Notes under the pieces: generated by a model
Seen by the model: the letters and a program-made list of their open reading frames with translations, nothing else
What the model was told of the DNA's origin: nothing
The model's database searches: none
Translations under genes and position numbers: made by a program
Source of the DNA: a virus
DNA length: 64,000 bases
Virus record (IMG/VR): IMGVR_UViG_3300036831_000148
Coordinates: 64,001-128,000 of that record
Reading direction: 5' to 3' (one strand)
In this document: positions 55,965 through 63,775 of the stretch, piece by piece
How positions within the stretch are numbered: position 1 is the stretch's first letter
How the letters are laid out: the number at the start of each line of letters is the position of its first letter

Positions 55965-56034
55965 GGGTTGCCTGCCCTTCGCTGTGGTGTTGTACCTTCA
56001 TCGTAGTGCAGAGCTTGACTGGAGTCAAGACATA

Positions 56035-56068
56035 GGACAGCCCCCGGAAGATCTTCCGGGGGCTGTCC
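56035..56068 (-). terminator. hairpin terminator
   Basis: ggacagcccccggaagatcttccgggggctgtcc. Confidence 0.7.
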
Positions 56069-56078
56069 TGCCGGGGGG

Positions 56079-56486
56079 TCAGAGGCCGGCTACGAGGTAC
56101 TCGGCGAGGTCGGCCAGGGTGACCGGCTCAAGGTTCCGCCGGACGATCCGCCAGTAGCGCCCTTCGTCCCCGCCCAAGTCAGCGGCGTTGACCTTGTCGC
56201 CCTTGTCCGCGAGCACGACCAGGATCTTGCCGGCCATCCTGCCGACCTTGGGGCGGACGAACTCACCGGGGGAGTAGTAGCGGTACGTCTCCGGCGCGGG
56301 CTGGGCCTGCGCGGTGCCCCCGCCAGCCTCGCCGGTGACCGGGAGCACGAACTCCTTGGCCGCCTTCAGTTGCCGCCCGTTCTGCTCCAGGCCGTAAGAG
56401 ACCCTGTTGACCTTGGCCACGGTCCACGTGCCCGGCCATTTGTCGCTGTCCACCCGGACCTTGTCGCCTACCTTGAACTCTTCCAT
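56079..56486 (-). CDS. tandem SH3/KOW-like protein
   Basis: FKVGDKVRV...; YSPGEFVRP... Confidence 0.65.
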   Translation of the reverse strand: MEEFKVGDKVRVDSDKWPGTWTVAKVNRVSYGLEQNGRQLKAAKEFVLPVTGEAGGGTAQAQPAPETYRYYSPGEFVRPKVGRMAGKILVVLADKGDKVNAADLGGDEGRYWRIVRRNLEPVTLADLAEYLVAGL

Positions 56487-56591
56487 CTTCCTGCCTCTCG
56501 CTTGACTGCCTGTAGCCCTACTGTAGTGCAAGGCTTGACTAGAGTCAAGACACGAAACGGGCCACCTGCGCAGGTGGCCCGTTTCTGGCGG

Positions 56592-57170
56592 CTAGCTGGT
56601 GCGCCTGAGCATCTCAGCGGTAAGCGCGTCCTGCATGTGCTGCAGGTCCGCCGTCGCGCGCTCGTTCCCCTGCGCCCCCGCCAGGCGAAGCTGCTGGTCG
56701 GCCAGGTCCTGACGGCGCCGGATCTCGGCCGTGCTCAGCGTCTTGAACAGTTCGGCTGCCTCGCGGCCTGTCTCGCCTGTCCAGTGCTGCCCGCCGACGA
56801 ACGCGGACCCGTCGCGGATGACCTTGAACCGCTCGGTAAGGACGCGCTCCAGTTGCGCGAACCCGCGGGCCACGTCAGTGGCCTTGTGGCCGTGGAACTC
56901 GTTAACCCGGCCGAACACGCCGGGGTCCAGGCGCGTGCCGTCCTCAACCCCGTGCCAGCTCAGCAGGTAGGTGTCCGGCGCGACCAGGCCAGCGTCGAAT
57001 TTCACGGTCAGCTTCAGCCCGTGCGGGCCAGCCAGGTCAACCGACGTGCACCGGGTACCCGGCTCCTCCAGTTTGTGCGAGGCGGTCAGCCCGTACCAGG
57101 TAGCCAGGGCGGCCACCCGGGCGGCCATGGCCGCCCGGTCAGCCTTGCGCCGCGCGCTCAGCTCAGGCAT
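56592..57170 (-). CDS. hypothetical protein
   Basis: coupled ORF. Confidence 0.65.
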   Translation of the reverse strand: MPELSARRKADRAAMAARVAALATWYGLTASHKLEEPGTRCTSVDLAGPHGLKLTVKFDAGLVAPDTYLLSWHGVEDGTRLDPGVFGRVNEFHGHKATDVARGFAQLERVLTERFKVIRDGSAFVGGQHWTGETGREAAELFKTLSTAEIRRRQDLADQQLRLAGAQGNERATADLQHMQDALTAEMLRRTS

Positions 57171-57831
57171 CCCCGTAGCTCCGGGCCGTCACGAGGCCGA
57201 GCAGGTAGGGCCCGGCCGGCTCCTCGACCGGCTCGACCCACTTGCCGGATGCCCCCGGCTCGTAATGCCCCTTCTCCAGCACCTTGACCACCTCGGCCTG
57301 AATGGTGGCAGTCACGTGGCCGGTAGCCGCGCTCCGGCGGAACAGCACCCGGACGGAGCCGAAGCGGTGGCCCTCCGGCAGCCGCTCGCCGGCCAAGTCT
57401 GACAGCCATTCGAGTTCTTCCGCCTTGATGCCGGCGTGCCCGCCGTCAGCCAGGGCGAACATGGCCCACAACTGGCCGTTGTCGTCACGGTCGAACATCG
57501 GGCACCCGGCGACCCGCGCCCGGATGCCGAGGTCCCCGCCGGCCTGGCGGGCCATGAAGTCCGCGAGGTTGGGGATAACCGGCTCGCCGTTGTTGTCCCC
57601 CCTGGCGCGGCGGACGCCGGCGTTGTCCGCCTCGTACGCGCCGGGCTCGTCGGCCGGGAGGTTGTAGGAGGCCAGCAGGGCCGCCACGCGGCTCGCGCGG
57701 ACCGCCCAGTAGCGGTTCGTCGCCCACCACTCGCCCTCGAACTTGTTGACGGCGAGCGGCGCGGGGCCGTGCTTGAGGGAGAACCGGCCGGTAACCATCT
57801 TCCTGGCCGCGGTCGCGGGGTTGGGTGCCAT
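57163..57831 (-). CDS. hypothetical early protein
   Basis: leader and promoter upstream. Confidence 0.7.
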   Translation of the reverse strand: MAPNPATAARKMVTGRFSLKHGPAPLAVNKFEGEWWATNRYWAVRASRVAALLASYNLPADEPGAYEADNAGVRRARGDNNGEPVIPNLADFMARQAGGDLGIRARVAGCPMFDRDDNGQLWAMFALADGGHAGIKAEELEWLSDLAGERLPEGHRFGSVRVLFRRSAATGHVTATIQAEVVKVLEKGHYEPGASGKWVEPVEEPAGPYLLGLVTARSYGDA

Positions 57832-57894
57832 CTGGGTGCCTGCCCTTCGGTTGACTGCTTGCAAGCCCTACTCTAATGCAGAGCTTGACTAGAG

Positions 57895-58146
57895 TCAAGC
57901 GCGAGGGCGGGACGGCTGCATGTTCAGCACCGTGTCCGCCGTCTGGTGACCAGCTGCGCCGAGCAACTGCAGGGACACGTTCAGCACGGCCGCCAGGCAG
58001 GTACGGCAGATGTTGCGGACCCGCATCGACCCGTCCGGGGTGAACAGCGGGACCGGCAGCGAGGGGGCGTCCCCGTCGCCGCACAGCGCGCACGCGGTCT
58101 CCACCAGCGGGAGAACCTGCGTGTCGCCGCCCCTGCTCACGGCCAT
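57895..58146 (-). CDS. small Zn-finger protein
   Basis: CALC...ICRTC. Confidence 0.55.
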   Translation of the reverse strand: MAVSRGGDTQVLPLVETACALCGDGDAPSLPVPLFTPDGSMRVRNICRTCLAAVLNVSLQLLGAAGHQTADTVLNMQPSRPRA

Positions 58147-58448
58147 CCCCCCCAGCTAGTCTCGATGCCGAGCGCCGCAGCGCCCGCCAGCAGGATGTCA
58201 GACCTGGCGCGGCTGCGCGCGGGAAGGTCCAGGTAGGCGAACAGGCGGCCGATCGCCGCCAGCAGGCGCACCAGGCCGGACAAGTGCACCGCGTCGCGCT
58301 CGGGCTGGTCGGACATCACCCAGTCGGCCACGCTGGTACGCGACGCGCGGCGCAGCAGCACGGCGAACGCTATCCGGTCCTCAGTCTGCCGGTAATGCTC
58401 GGGCCGCGCGCGCCGCAGCTCGCCGAGCAGGTCATCGTTGGCTGTCAC
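58137..58448 (-). CDS. hypothetical protein
   Basis: SD AAGGA. Confidence 0.55.
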   Translation of the reverse strand: MTANDDLLGELRRARPEHYRQTEDRIAFAVLLRRASRTSVADWVMSDQPERDAVHLSGLVRLLAAIGRLFAYLDLPARSRARSDILLAGAAALGIETSWGGWP

Positions 58449-58474
58449 GATCCTTGTCTCCCGCTTTGAAACCG

Positions 58475-58511
58475 GTAAAGAGCGGGGGCAGTTACTGCCC
58501 CCGCTCTTTAC
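58475..58511. terminator. perfect 17-bp hairpin
   Basis: gtaaagagcgggggcag-tta-ctgcccccgctctttac. Confidence 0.6.
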
Positions 58512-58549
58512 TACTACGTCCGGCGGTCACCGCACAGGCGCTCCGGCCA

Positions 58550-59629
58550 TCACCCCGCATCATCCTGAGCAGGGACAACCCAGTGGCCGGCGCTGTAGGT
58601 CACGCCAGCCTCCGCCGGGCCGCCGTCGTGCACCCGCTTGACGATGTTCGCCGCGCGCATGCGGCTGTAGCCACGGGCTGCAAGCCATTCCACGGCCTCG
58701 CGCCGGTCAAGCTGGCCGCGCGCGCGGCGGGCCTCGGCCGGGTGACGGCGCGCGTCGCGGTCGGCTTCGGCCTCAGCCTCGGCCGCGACGCGGTGCGCGG
58801 TGGCCAGTTCCTCGGCCAGTCCGGGCGCGCTGACCGCGACGCGCGCCGTCACCCGGCCGTGGAACGTGGTGAGCTCAAGCACCACGGTCAGCGAGGCGTC
58901 CACCGCGACCCAGAGCCTGGGGCCGACCTGACAGCGGTAGACATCGGCTGCGATGCGCTCCGACAAGTCAGGCTCCGTAGCCTCCGGGCCGGCGCCCAGC
59001 GCGTCGCCCAGCGCGGTCAGGGCCTCCGCTACCTTCAGGTCGCCGGCGGCGCGCGGGTACCTGAGAGCAAGGCGCTCGCGCGCCTGCCGGAGGCAGAGCC
59101 GGGCCTGTCCGCTGGCGAGCCCGGCCTCGCGCCGGTCAAGCTCAGCCTGCGCGCAGGCTGTAGCGGACTGCGGCCCGGGGTGCGCGTGCGAGCAGGACCA
59201 GGAGAATTTCTGGCCGCCCGCGAACCGGTACCAGGCGGGCTCGTCGGAGATGATCCCGATGTAACTGCAGTCCCCGGAGGGGGACAGTGCCCATGTCGCG
59301 TGCCCGGTTACCGGGCCCGCCTGCGTCGTGTCCTCGGTCACCGGGTCCGGGGTTACCTCGGTCACCAGGGACGCGGGCCCGGCTGCGCCGGCTACCAGTT
59401 CCTCGCCGGCGCCGAGGAACTGGTAGCCGGTAAAGATCCGGTTCGGGTAACTGTCCAGCCGGATGTACCAGCCGTCAGCGTGCTCCTCAGTGTAGAGAAT
59501 GACGCCAGTGTGCTCCGCTGTCAGCTCGCGCTCGCCTGTCGTGGGCGCGATGTAGCGCCGCACCGTCACCCGGTCCCCGGGGCGGGGCACGTAGGCCCCG
59601 CTCCCGGCCTGCTCCTGCGTACTGGTCAC
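58550..59629 (-). CDS. hypothetical multidomain protein
   Basis: 359 aa, GTGA coupling. Confidence 0.65.
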   Translation of the reverse strand: MTSTQEQAGSGAYVPRPGDRVTVRRYIAPTTGERELTAEHTGVILYTEEHADGWYIRLDSYPNRIFTGYQFLGAGEELVAGAAGPASLVTEVTPDPVTEDTTQAGPVTGHATWALSPSGDCSYIGIISDEPAWYRFAGGQKFSWSCSHAHPGPQSATACAQAELDRREAGLASGQARLCLRQARERLALRYPRAAGDLKVAEALTALGDALGAGPEATEPDLSERIAADVYRCQVGPRLWVAVDASLTVVLELTTFHGRVTARVAVSAPGLAEELATAHRVAAEAEAEADRDARRHPAEARRARGQLDRREAVEWLAARGYSRMRAANIVKRVHDGGPAEAGVTYSAGHWVVPAQDDAG

Positions 59630-59862
59630 CGCTTTGCCTGCACCTTCGCCAGGATGTCCTCGGCCAGCATCTCGGCCGTGGCCAAGTCAAAGGTAATGCG
59701 CTCGTTCGGCCACTTGGTGGCATCGACCACCAGGGTCAGTTCGTTGTCGTAGTCGTTCTCCACGCCGACCTTGAGGCCGGTCTGCCCGTCCTCGCCCAGG
59801 AAGTCCGCCATGTCTGACAGGCGGGTGCCGCCCTCGGTGGTCATGCTCTCGGTTACCCGCAT
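59626..59862 (-). CDS. hypothetical early protein
   Basis: leader and promoter upstream. Confidence 0.65.
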   Translation of the reverse strand: MRVTESMTTEGGTRLSDMADFLGEDGQTGLKVGVENDYDNELTLVVDATKWPNERITFDLATAEMLAEDILAKVQAKR

Positions 59863-59919
59863 CGGGTGCCTGCCCTTCGCTCGGCTGCTTTATACTGCCA
59901 GCGTAGTGTATGGCTTGAC

Positions 59920-60114
59920 TCAAGTCAAGGTAAGAACCGGCCTCTTCCACAGGACTACGTCTACCGGCCAGAGGGCGACGTGGAACCAGCAGAGGTCGTT
60001 GTTGAAGTTGGCGCACCACCAGTACCCGAATGGCCGGTGCCGGTCGATCGAGAACGCGAACTGCCCAACCTCAACCTCAACCGCGAACACCGCCCCCATC
60101 CACTTAAACCTCAT
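59920..60114 (-). CDS. small Trp-rich early protein
   Basis: leader and promoter upstream. Confidence 0.55.
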   Translation of the reverse strand: MRFKWMGAVFAVEVEVGQFAFSIDRHRPFGYWWCANFNNDLCWFHVALWPVDVVLWKRPVLTLT

Positions 60115-60228
60115 GTGCCTGCCCTTCGCTCGGTTGCTGATAGCTCTACTGTAGTGCATGGCTTGACTAGAGTCAAGACATACGGCAGCCCCGCGCCGGG
60201 GAATCGGGCGCGGGGCTGGCTGAGGGGG

Positions 60229-60678
60229 CTAGGCGAACGTGACGGTCATCGTGTAGCGGCCGGCGGCCCGGTCGTAGCGGACCACGCCGGTGATGCCGTG
60301 GAGGGCCTCGAACTCGGCGAACTCGCTGCTCCCGAACTGGGCGAGCACCGCGTTGGACTCCCGGGGGGTCATCCCGACGCGCGGACCCCGCAGGAAGGAG
60401 AGAACGTCAATGCGGGTGAGGTCGGGGAAAGTCTCCTCAGCCGGGGACGGGCGGTTCCAGCCGCCGACGCGCTCCATGAACTCGGCGATGTGCTTGCAGA
60501 TGGTGACAGCGGGGACGCCGTCGACCGTGATCACCCAGCCCTTGCGGTTGATGAAGTCGGGGCATTCGCAGGACGGGAGCGTGACCTGGTAGGCGCGCGC
60601 GCCGTCCCTGGCGCTGCGCACCAGGCCCGCGGTCGGGTAGACGGTCATGTCGTAGGTCTTGGCGGTGCTGGAAGGCAT
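60229..60678 (-). CDS. SWIM zinc-finger protein
   Basis: YQVTLPSCECPDF...CKHI. Confidence 0.75.
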   Translation of the reverse strand: MPSSTAKTYDMTVYPTAGLVRSARDGARAYQVTLPSCECPDFINRKGWVITVDGVPAVTICKHIAEFMERVGGWNRPSPAEETFPDLTRIDVLSFLRGPRVGMTPRESNAVLAQFGSSEFAEFEALHGITGVVRYDRAAGRYTMTVTFA

Positions 60679-60865
60679 GTGCCTGCCTCTCGGTTGGCTG
60701 CTGTACCTCCATTGTAGTGCACTGCTTGACTACAGTCAAGACATCTGCCCAGGGAAAGAACAAGGGACCGGAGCACGGGGGCTACTCCGGTCCCTTGAGG
60801 GGGATGACCAGCCGGCGATCTTGGGGAGGTCACGTCGGCGCTTCACGTCTATTATCACACCGCTG

Positions 60866-61183
60866 TCAAGCGGGCGGCCCCGGGCCAGAGCTCCCGCCGG
60901 GCGGGGCGGACGGCCCGGCGTCATCCCTGACGCGGTGGCGGCCCGCCGGGCGGCCGCTCGCCCGGGGGGGCTCCCCGTGCACCGGCACCTCGTTCACCCG
61001 GACCGCGACCTTCACCGCCTCAGCGGGGTCTACCACGACCACCAGCACGTCGCCGTAGGTGTAGACGTACACCCGGGAGCCGCCCAGCTCCACGTACGGG
61101 TGCGGCTCGCCGTCGGCGGGGTGGAACACCGCTGACCGGGACGCCGTGCGGTCATCCTCGCTGAGCTGCTCTAGAACCGGCAT
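60866..61183 (-). CDS. hypothetical protein
   Basis: ATG 61183 behind a palindrome promoter. Confidence 0.55.
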   Translation of the reverse strand: MPVLEQLSEDDRTASRSAVFHPADGEPHPYVELGGSRVYVYTYGDVLVVVVDPAEAVKVAVRVNEVPVHGEPPRASGRPAGRHRVRDDAGPSAPPGGSSGPGPPA

Positions 61184-61271
61184 GCGCGCGCCCTTCGCTC
61201 TGGGTCTGACGGAACTTGTTCGGACTTGTTGCCGAACACCATAGTGAAGCGTCTTGACGCTAGTCAAGATC

Positions 61272-61734
61272 CTAGTACTGGCCGAAGAGGTAGGTCTCTC
61301 CCCGGACCGTACCGTCCGGCCGCGTGCGGTTCGCGTTGGCGATGATGTGCCCGTGCTCGGCCCACCAGGCGGCCAGCCGCACGTGCTCCTGCACGTCCCA
61401 CGCGCGCATCGAGGCGACAGCCCGCCGGACATCGGCCGGGAGCCGGTCCGGGGCCGGCGGGACCTGCTCGCGCTTCCACTGCCGGATCCGGGCCGCGCCC
61501 ACCACGAGCGGCTCGCCGCGGTGATGAACGATGCTGCGGGAACCGGTGTAGGAGGGCGCGCCGGGGGCAGCGCCGACCCCACTCCACCCGGTCCGCCAGG
61601 TAGGTGCACGGCGCGCCCCTGGCTGCCTGGCAGCGCGGGCACCTGACCTCCCGCGCGTCGGCGCCGGAGACCGGGCCGCTTGCGCGGTCGTATGTCAGCG
61701 GTGGCCCGACCGGGCCGGTCCTGGTCACCCTCAC
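61272..61734 (-). pseudogene. Zn-finger protein with an apparent frameshift near 61580
   Basis: VRCPRCQAARGAPC in one frame; protein-like C-terminus (ARIRQWKREQ...) in another. Confidence 0.4.
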
Positions 61735-62117
61735 CGCGTCTCCAGCCAGCAGGCAGGCCACCAGCTCTCGTAGCCGTCGTCCAGCAGCACGTGCACGCTC
61801 GCGCCGTCGGTGCTGATGAACCAGGGCACCAGGTCGCCGTCCGGCAACCAGCACGCGTGGCGCTCCGGCACGCCCGGCGTGACGATGCCGTGCTGGCCGA
61901 GCCGCCAGTGAACCGGCGTGCCGAGCCACACCGGCGCGCCGGGCGGGAACTTCGCCTCCAGGCCCGGCAGCAGGTCGCGGGTGAACGCGTCATCGATGCC
62001 AAGCTCCGCCGGCAGGGTGACGTGCGCCATCTCCGCGGCGCCGGCCTCGCCGTACCCGCCTGACGTGTGCTCGCGGCCCCCGATCAGGGTGATGACCGCC
62101 CATGTCCCGCCGTTCAT
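61731..62117 (-). CDS. hypothetical protein
   Basis: TGATG coupling. Confidence 0.6.
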   Translation of the reverse strand: MNGGTWAVITLIGGREHTSGGYGEAGAAEMAHVTLPAELGIDDAFTRDLLPGLEAKFPPGAPVWLGTPVHWRLGQHGIVTPGVPERHACWLPDGDLVPWFISTDGASVHVLLDDGYESWWPACWLETR

Positions 62118-62554
62118 CAGGGCTCCTCCGCAGGGATCGGGTCGCAGACCTCGCACGAGCGCGACGGGCACCAGTCCGCAGACCTGGTGCAGTCCAGGCA
62201 GCCGTCCGGGTAGCGCTCGCGGTGCGCGGCCTCGCCTGCGGCCCGCCAGTCATCCCCGGCTGCCAGGTCGGGGCGCGCCTCCGTCCAGAGGGCGTGCGCC
62301 TCTTCCACGTCGGTGCGGAACCAGGTGATCCCGAACATTGCGACATGACTCACCCAGCCGGCCCGCACGCTCTGGTAAGCGGAGTCACTGTGGTCGTACC
62401 CGAGGGACGAGATGTCAGCCGGGTCCACCCCGGCCGAGGTGCACACCGCCGCGCGGAGGTCTGCTACCGAGGTCTCAAAGTTGGCCCGCTCTACCGGGTC
62501 ATCCGGACGGGCGCAGCCGGCGAGCGCGATGAACGTGACGCTGGCCGCGCTCAC
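62117..62554 (-). CDS. hypothetical protein
   Basis: GTGA coupling; C-terminal Cys cluster. Confidence 0.6.
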   Translation of the reverse strand: MSAASVTFIALAGCARPDDPVERANFETSVADLRAAVCTSAGVDPADISSLGYDHSDSAYQSVRAGWVSHVAMFGITWFRTDVEEAHALWTEARPDLAAGDDWRAAGEAAHRERYPDGCLDCTRSADWCPSRSCEVCDPIPAEEP

Positions 62555-62901
62555 TTCGCCGGCTTCCCGTCATCCAGCACGCACGTGGCCTCGTAGTCGT
62601 CCCACCGGCTCAGGAGCTCGGCCACGGGCACGGGGCCGTCCTCAGACTCGCGCTGCACGTAGGCGAAGAACGCCCCGCCGATCTGGGCGAGCGAGGCGGC
62701 CAGCGCGGTCAGCGCCGGCATGACGTCGTACGCGCCGTCCTCACCCTGGCTCAGGTGAGGGGACACCCGCTCCAGGTAAGGCAGCAGGACGTCTGCCGCC
62801 GAGCCGGCGGGCCCTTCGGCCTCGGAGAACTCGATTGCCTGGCGCACCAGCGCCATCGCGGCGAGCAGGGCCTCGTCCTGCGCCGGGTTTTGACCGTTCA
62901 T
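62551..62901 (-). CDS. hypothetical early protein
   Basis: leader and promoter upstream. Confidence 0.7.
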   Translation of the reverse strand: MNGQNPAQDEALLAAMALVRQAIEFSEAEGPAGSAADVLLPYLERVSPHLSQGEDGAYDVMPALTALAASLAQIGGAFFAYVQRESEDGPVPVAELLSRWDDYEATCVLDDGKPAK

Positions 62902-62963
62902 GCTTTGCCTGCCTCTCGGTTGCCTGTGCGCCCAGCCTACCGGCTTCGCTTGACTTGTGTCAA

Positions 62964-63775
62964 GAAAAAGGTGAGGCCCCCCGTGTGCGAAAGGCAGGCA
63001 ACCAATCCACGGGGGGCCTCGCCGCAGAGGGGACGCGCTCCGCGCCGGGCTACTCGGCTAAGTGGGCAGATCTGGCGCGCCGGGAGACGCCTCGCCCGGC
63101 GGGTTCCCCTCGCCGGCGCAGCAGGCCCGAAGGCCTGCCACGATCTTCAGTTGTCCCTGCAGCCCGCCTAAGCGGGGTAAGACGGGCTGCAGAGCCTTGC
63201 GCCCGGGTGCCTGGCCCGGGGAGCCTGTTCAGTTTTCGCAGCGGCCGGGCGCAGGACCAGTCCGGGGCCGGAACCGCCCGGCCGCCACTTCGACCCATCT
63301 GAGGGTGCACCTCGGTAGCCCGGGGTCGCGGCGGGCTACCACTCAGCTAGTCCCCGGGCCAGGTGTTTCGCTGGTCCGTAGCGGTGTCGGCGCGCCGGCC
63401 GTATTTGGTCTCAGCGCCCCTCACGCGTTCGCCAGGTACTTGACCTGGCCCGGGAAGCTAGAGGACAACGGCCATCGGTTTCCAACCCCGGCCCGCGGAG
63501 ACGCCAGGCGGCGAGCCTGACGCGGCGGAAGGCCCTGGCCTAGCAGGGTCCCGCTGCCCTCAAGTCACTGTTCAGTTACCCGCCAGGGGCGGTATCGCTA
63601 GCGAGTCCGGCAAGCCGGGTTCTGCCGCGCTGTACCCCTCCCTGACGGGAGTCTTAGTGAGCGAGGCCCTGGGCGGAGGGGGCTGCGGCCTGCTCTGTGG
63701 CCGGTGTGCTGCCTTTCGGGCGCTCCTGGCCGGTCCCTCTCTTGCCTGCTCGCTGGCCTTCCGGCCTCGCTCACA
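62964..63775 (-). ncRNA. large (~810 nt) structured non-coding RNA, family unknown
   Basis: promoter TTGACA(63810)-18-TAGCCT; no credible ORF; many helices including a C(UUCG)G tetraloop at 63121-63138 in minus sense; 3' hairpin plus U-tract at 63020-62965. Confidence 0.72.

Larger units (their letters stand above)
1370..58520 (-). promoter_or_regulatory. second promoter-like motif G(C/G/A)CGTA(G/T)(T/A/C)A, about 10 copies, often 8-9 nt before a start codon
   Basis: at 1370, 7501, 9843, 11831, 15110, 17937, 18995, 21932, 35811, 58510. Confidence 0.65.
43170..62925. promoter_or_regulatory. conserved 5' leader CG-RRR-GGCAGGCA just before start codons, 21 copies
   Basis: upstream of starts at 43169, 45876, 46557, 47087, 47704, 47977(+), 49754, 50735, 51053, 52509, 53094, 53736, 54833, 55672, 55964, 56486, 57831, 59862, 60114, 60678, 62901. 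Confidence 0.9.

Noticed and set aside
45925-62964. CRISPR array or integron attC interpretation of the repeated palindromes
   Set aside because: Spacing is hundreds of bp and irregular, repeats sit at promoter position, no cas1/cas2 or integrase is seen, and there are no attC R-box ends.
62986-63007. Plus-strand gene leader (GAAAGGCAGGCAACC)
   Set aside because: No start codon follows, there is no -10 at the proper distance on plus, and it lies in a hairpin whose U-tract is on the minus strand.
62964-63775. RNase P RNA, tmRNA or rRNA fragment; small ORFs 63050-63310 and 63062-63520
   Set aside because: Diagnostic conserved sequences are absent, and the ORFs are low-complexity with no RBS or codon bias.
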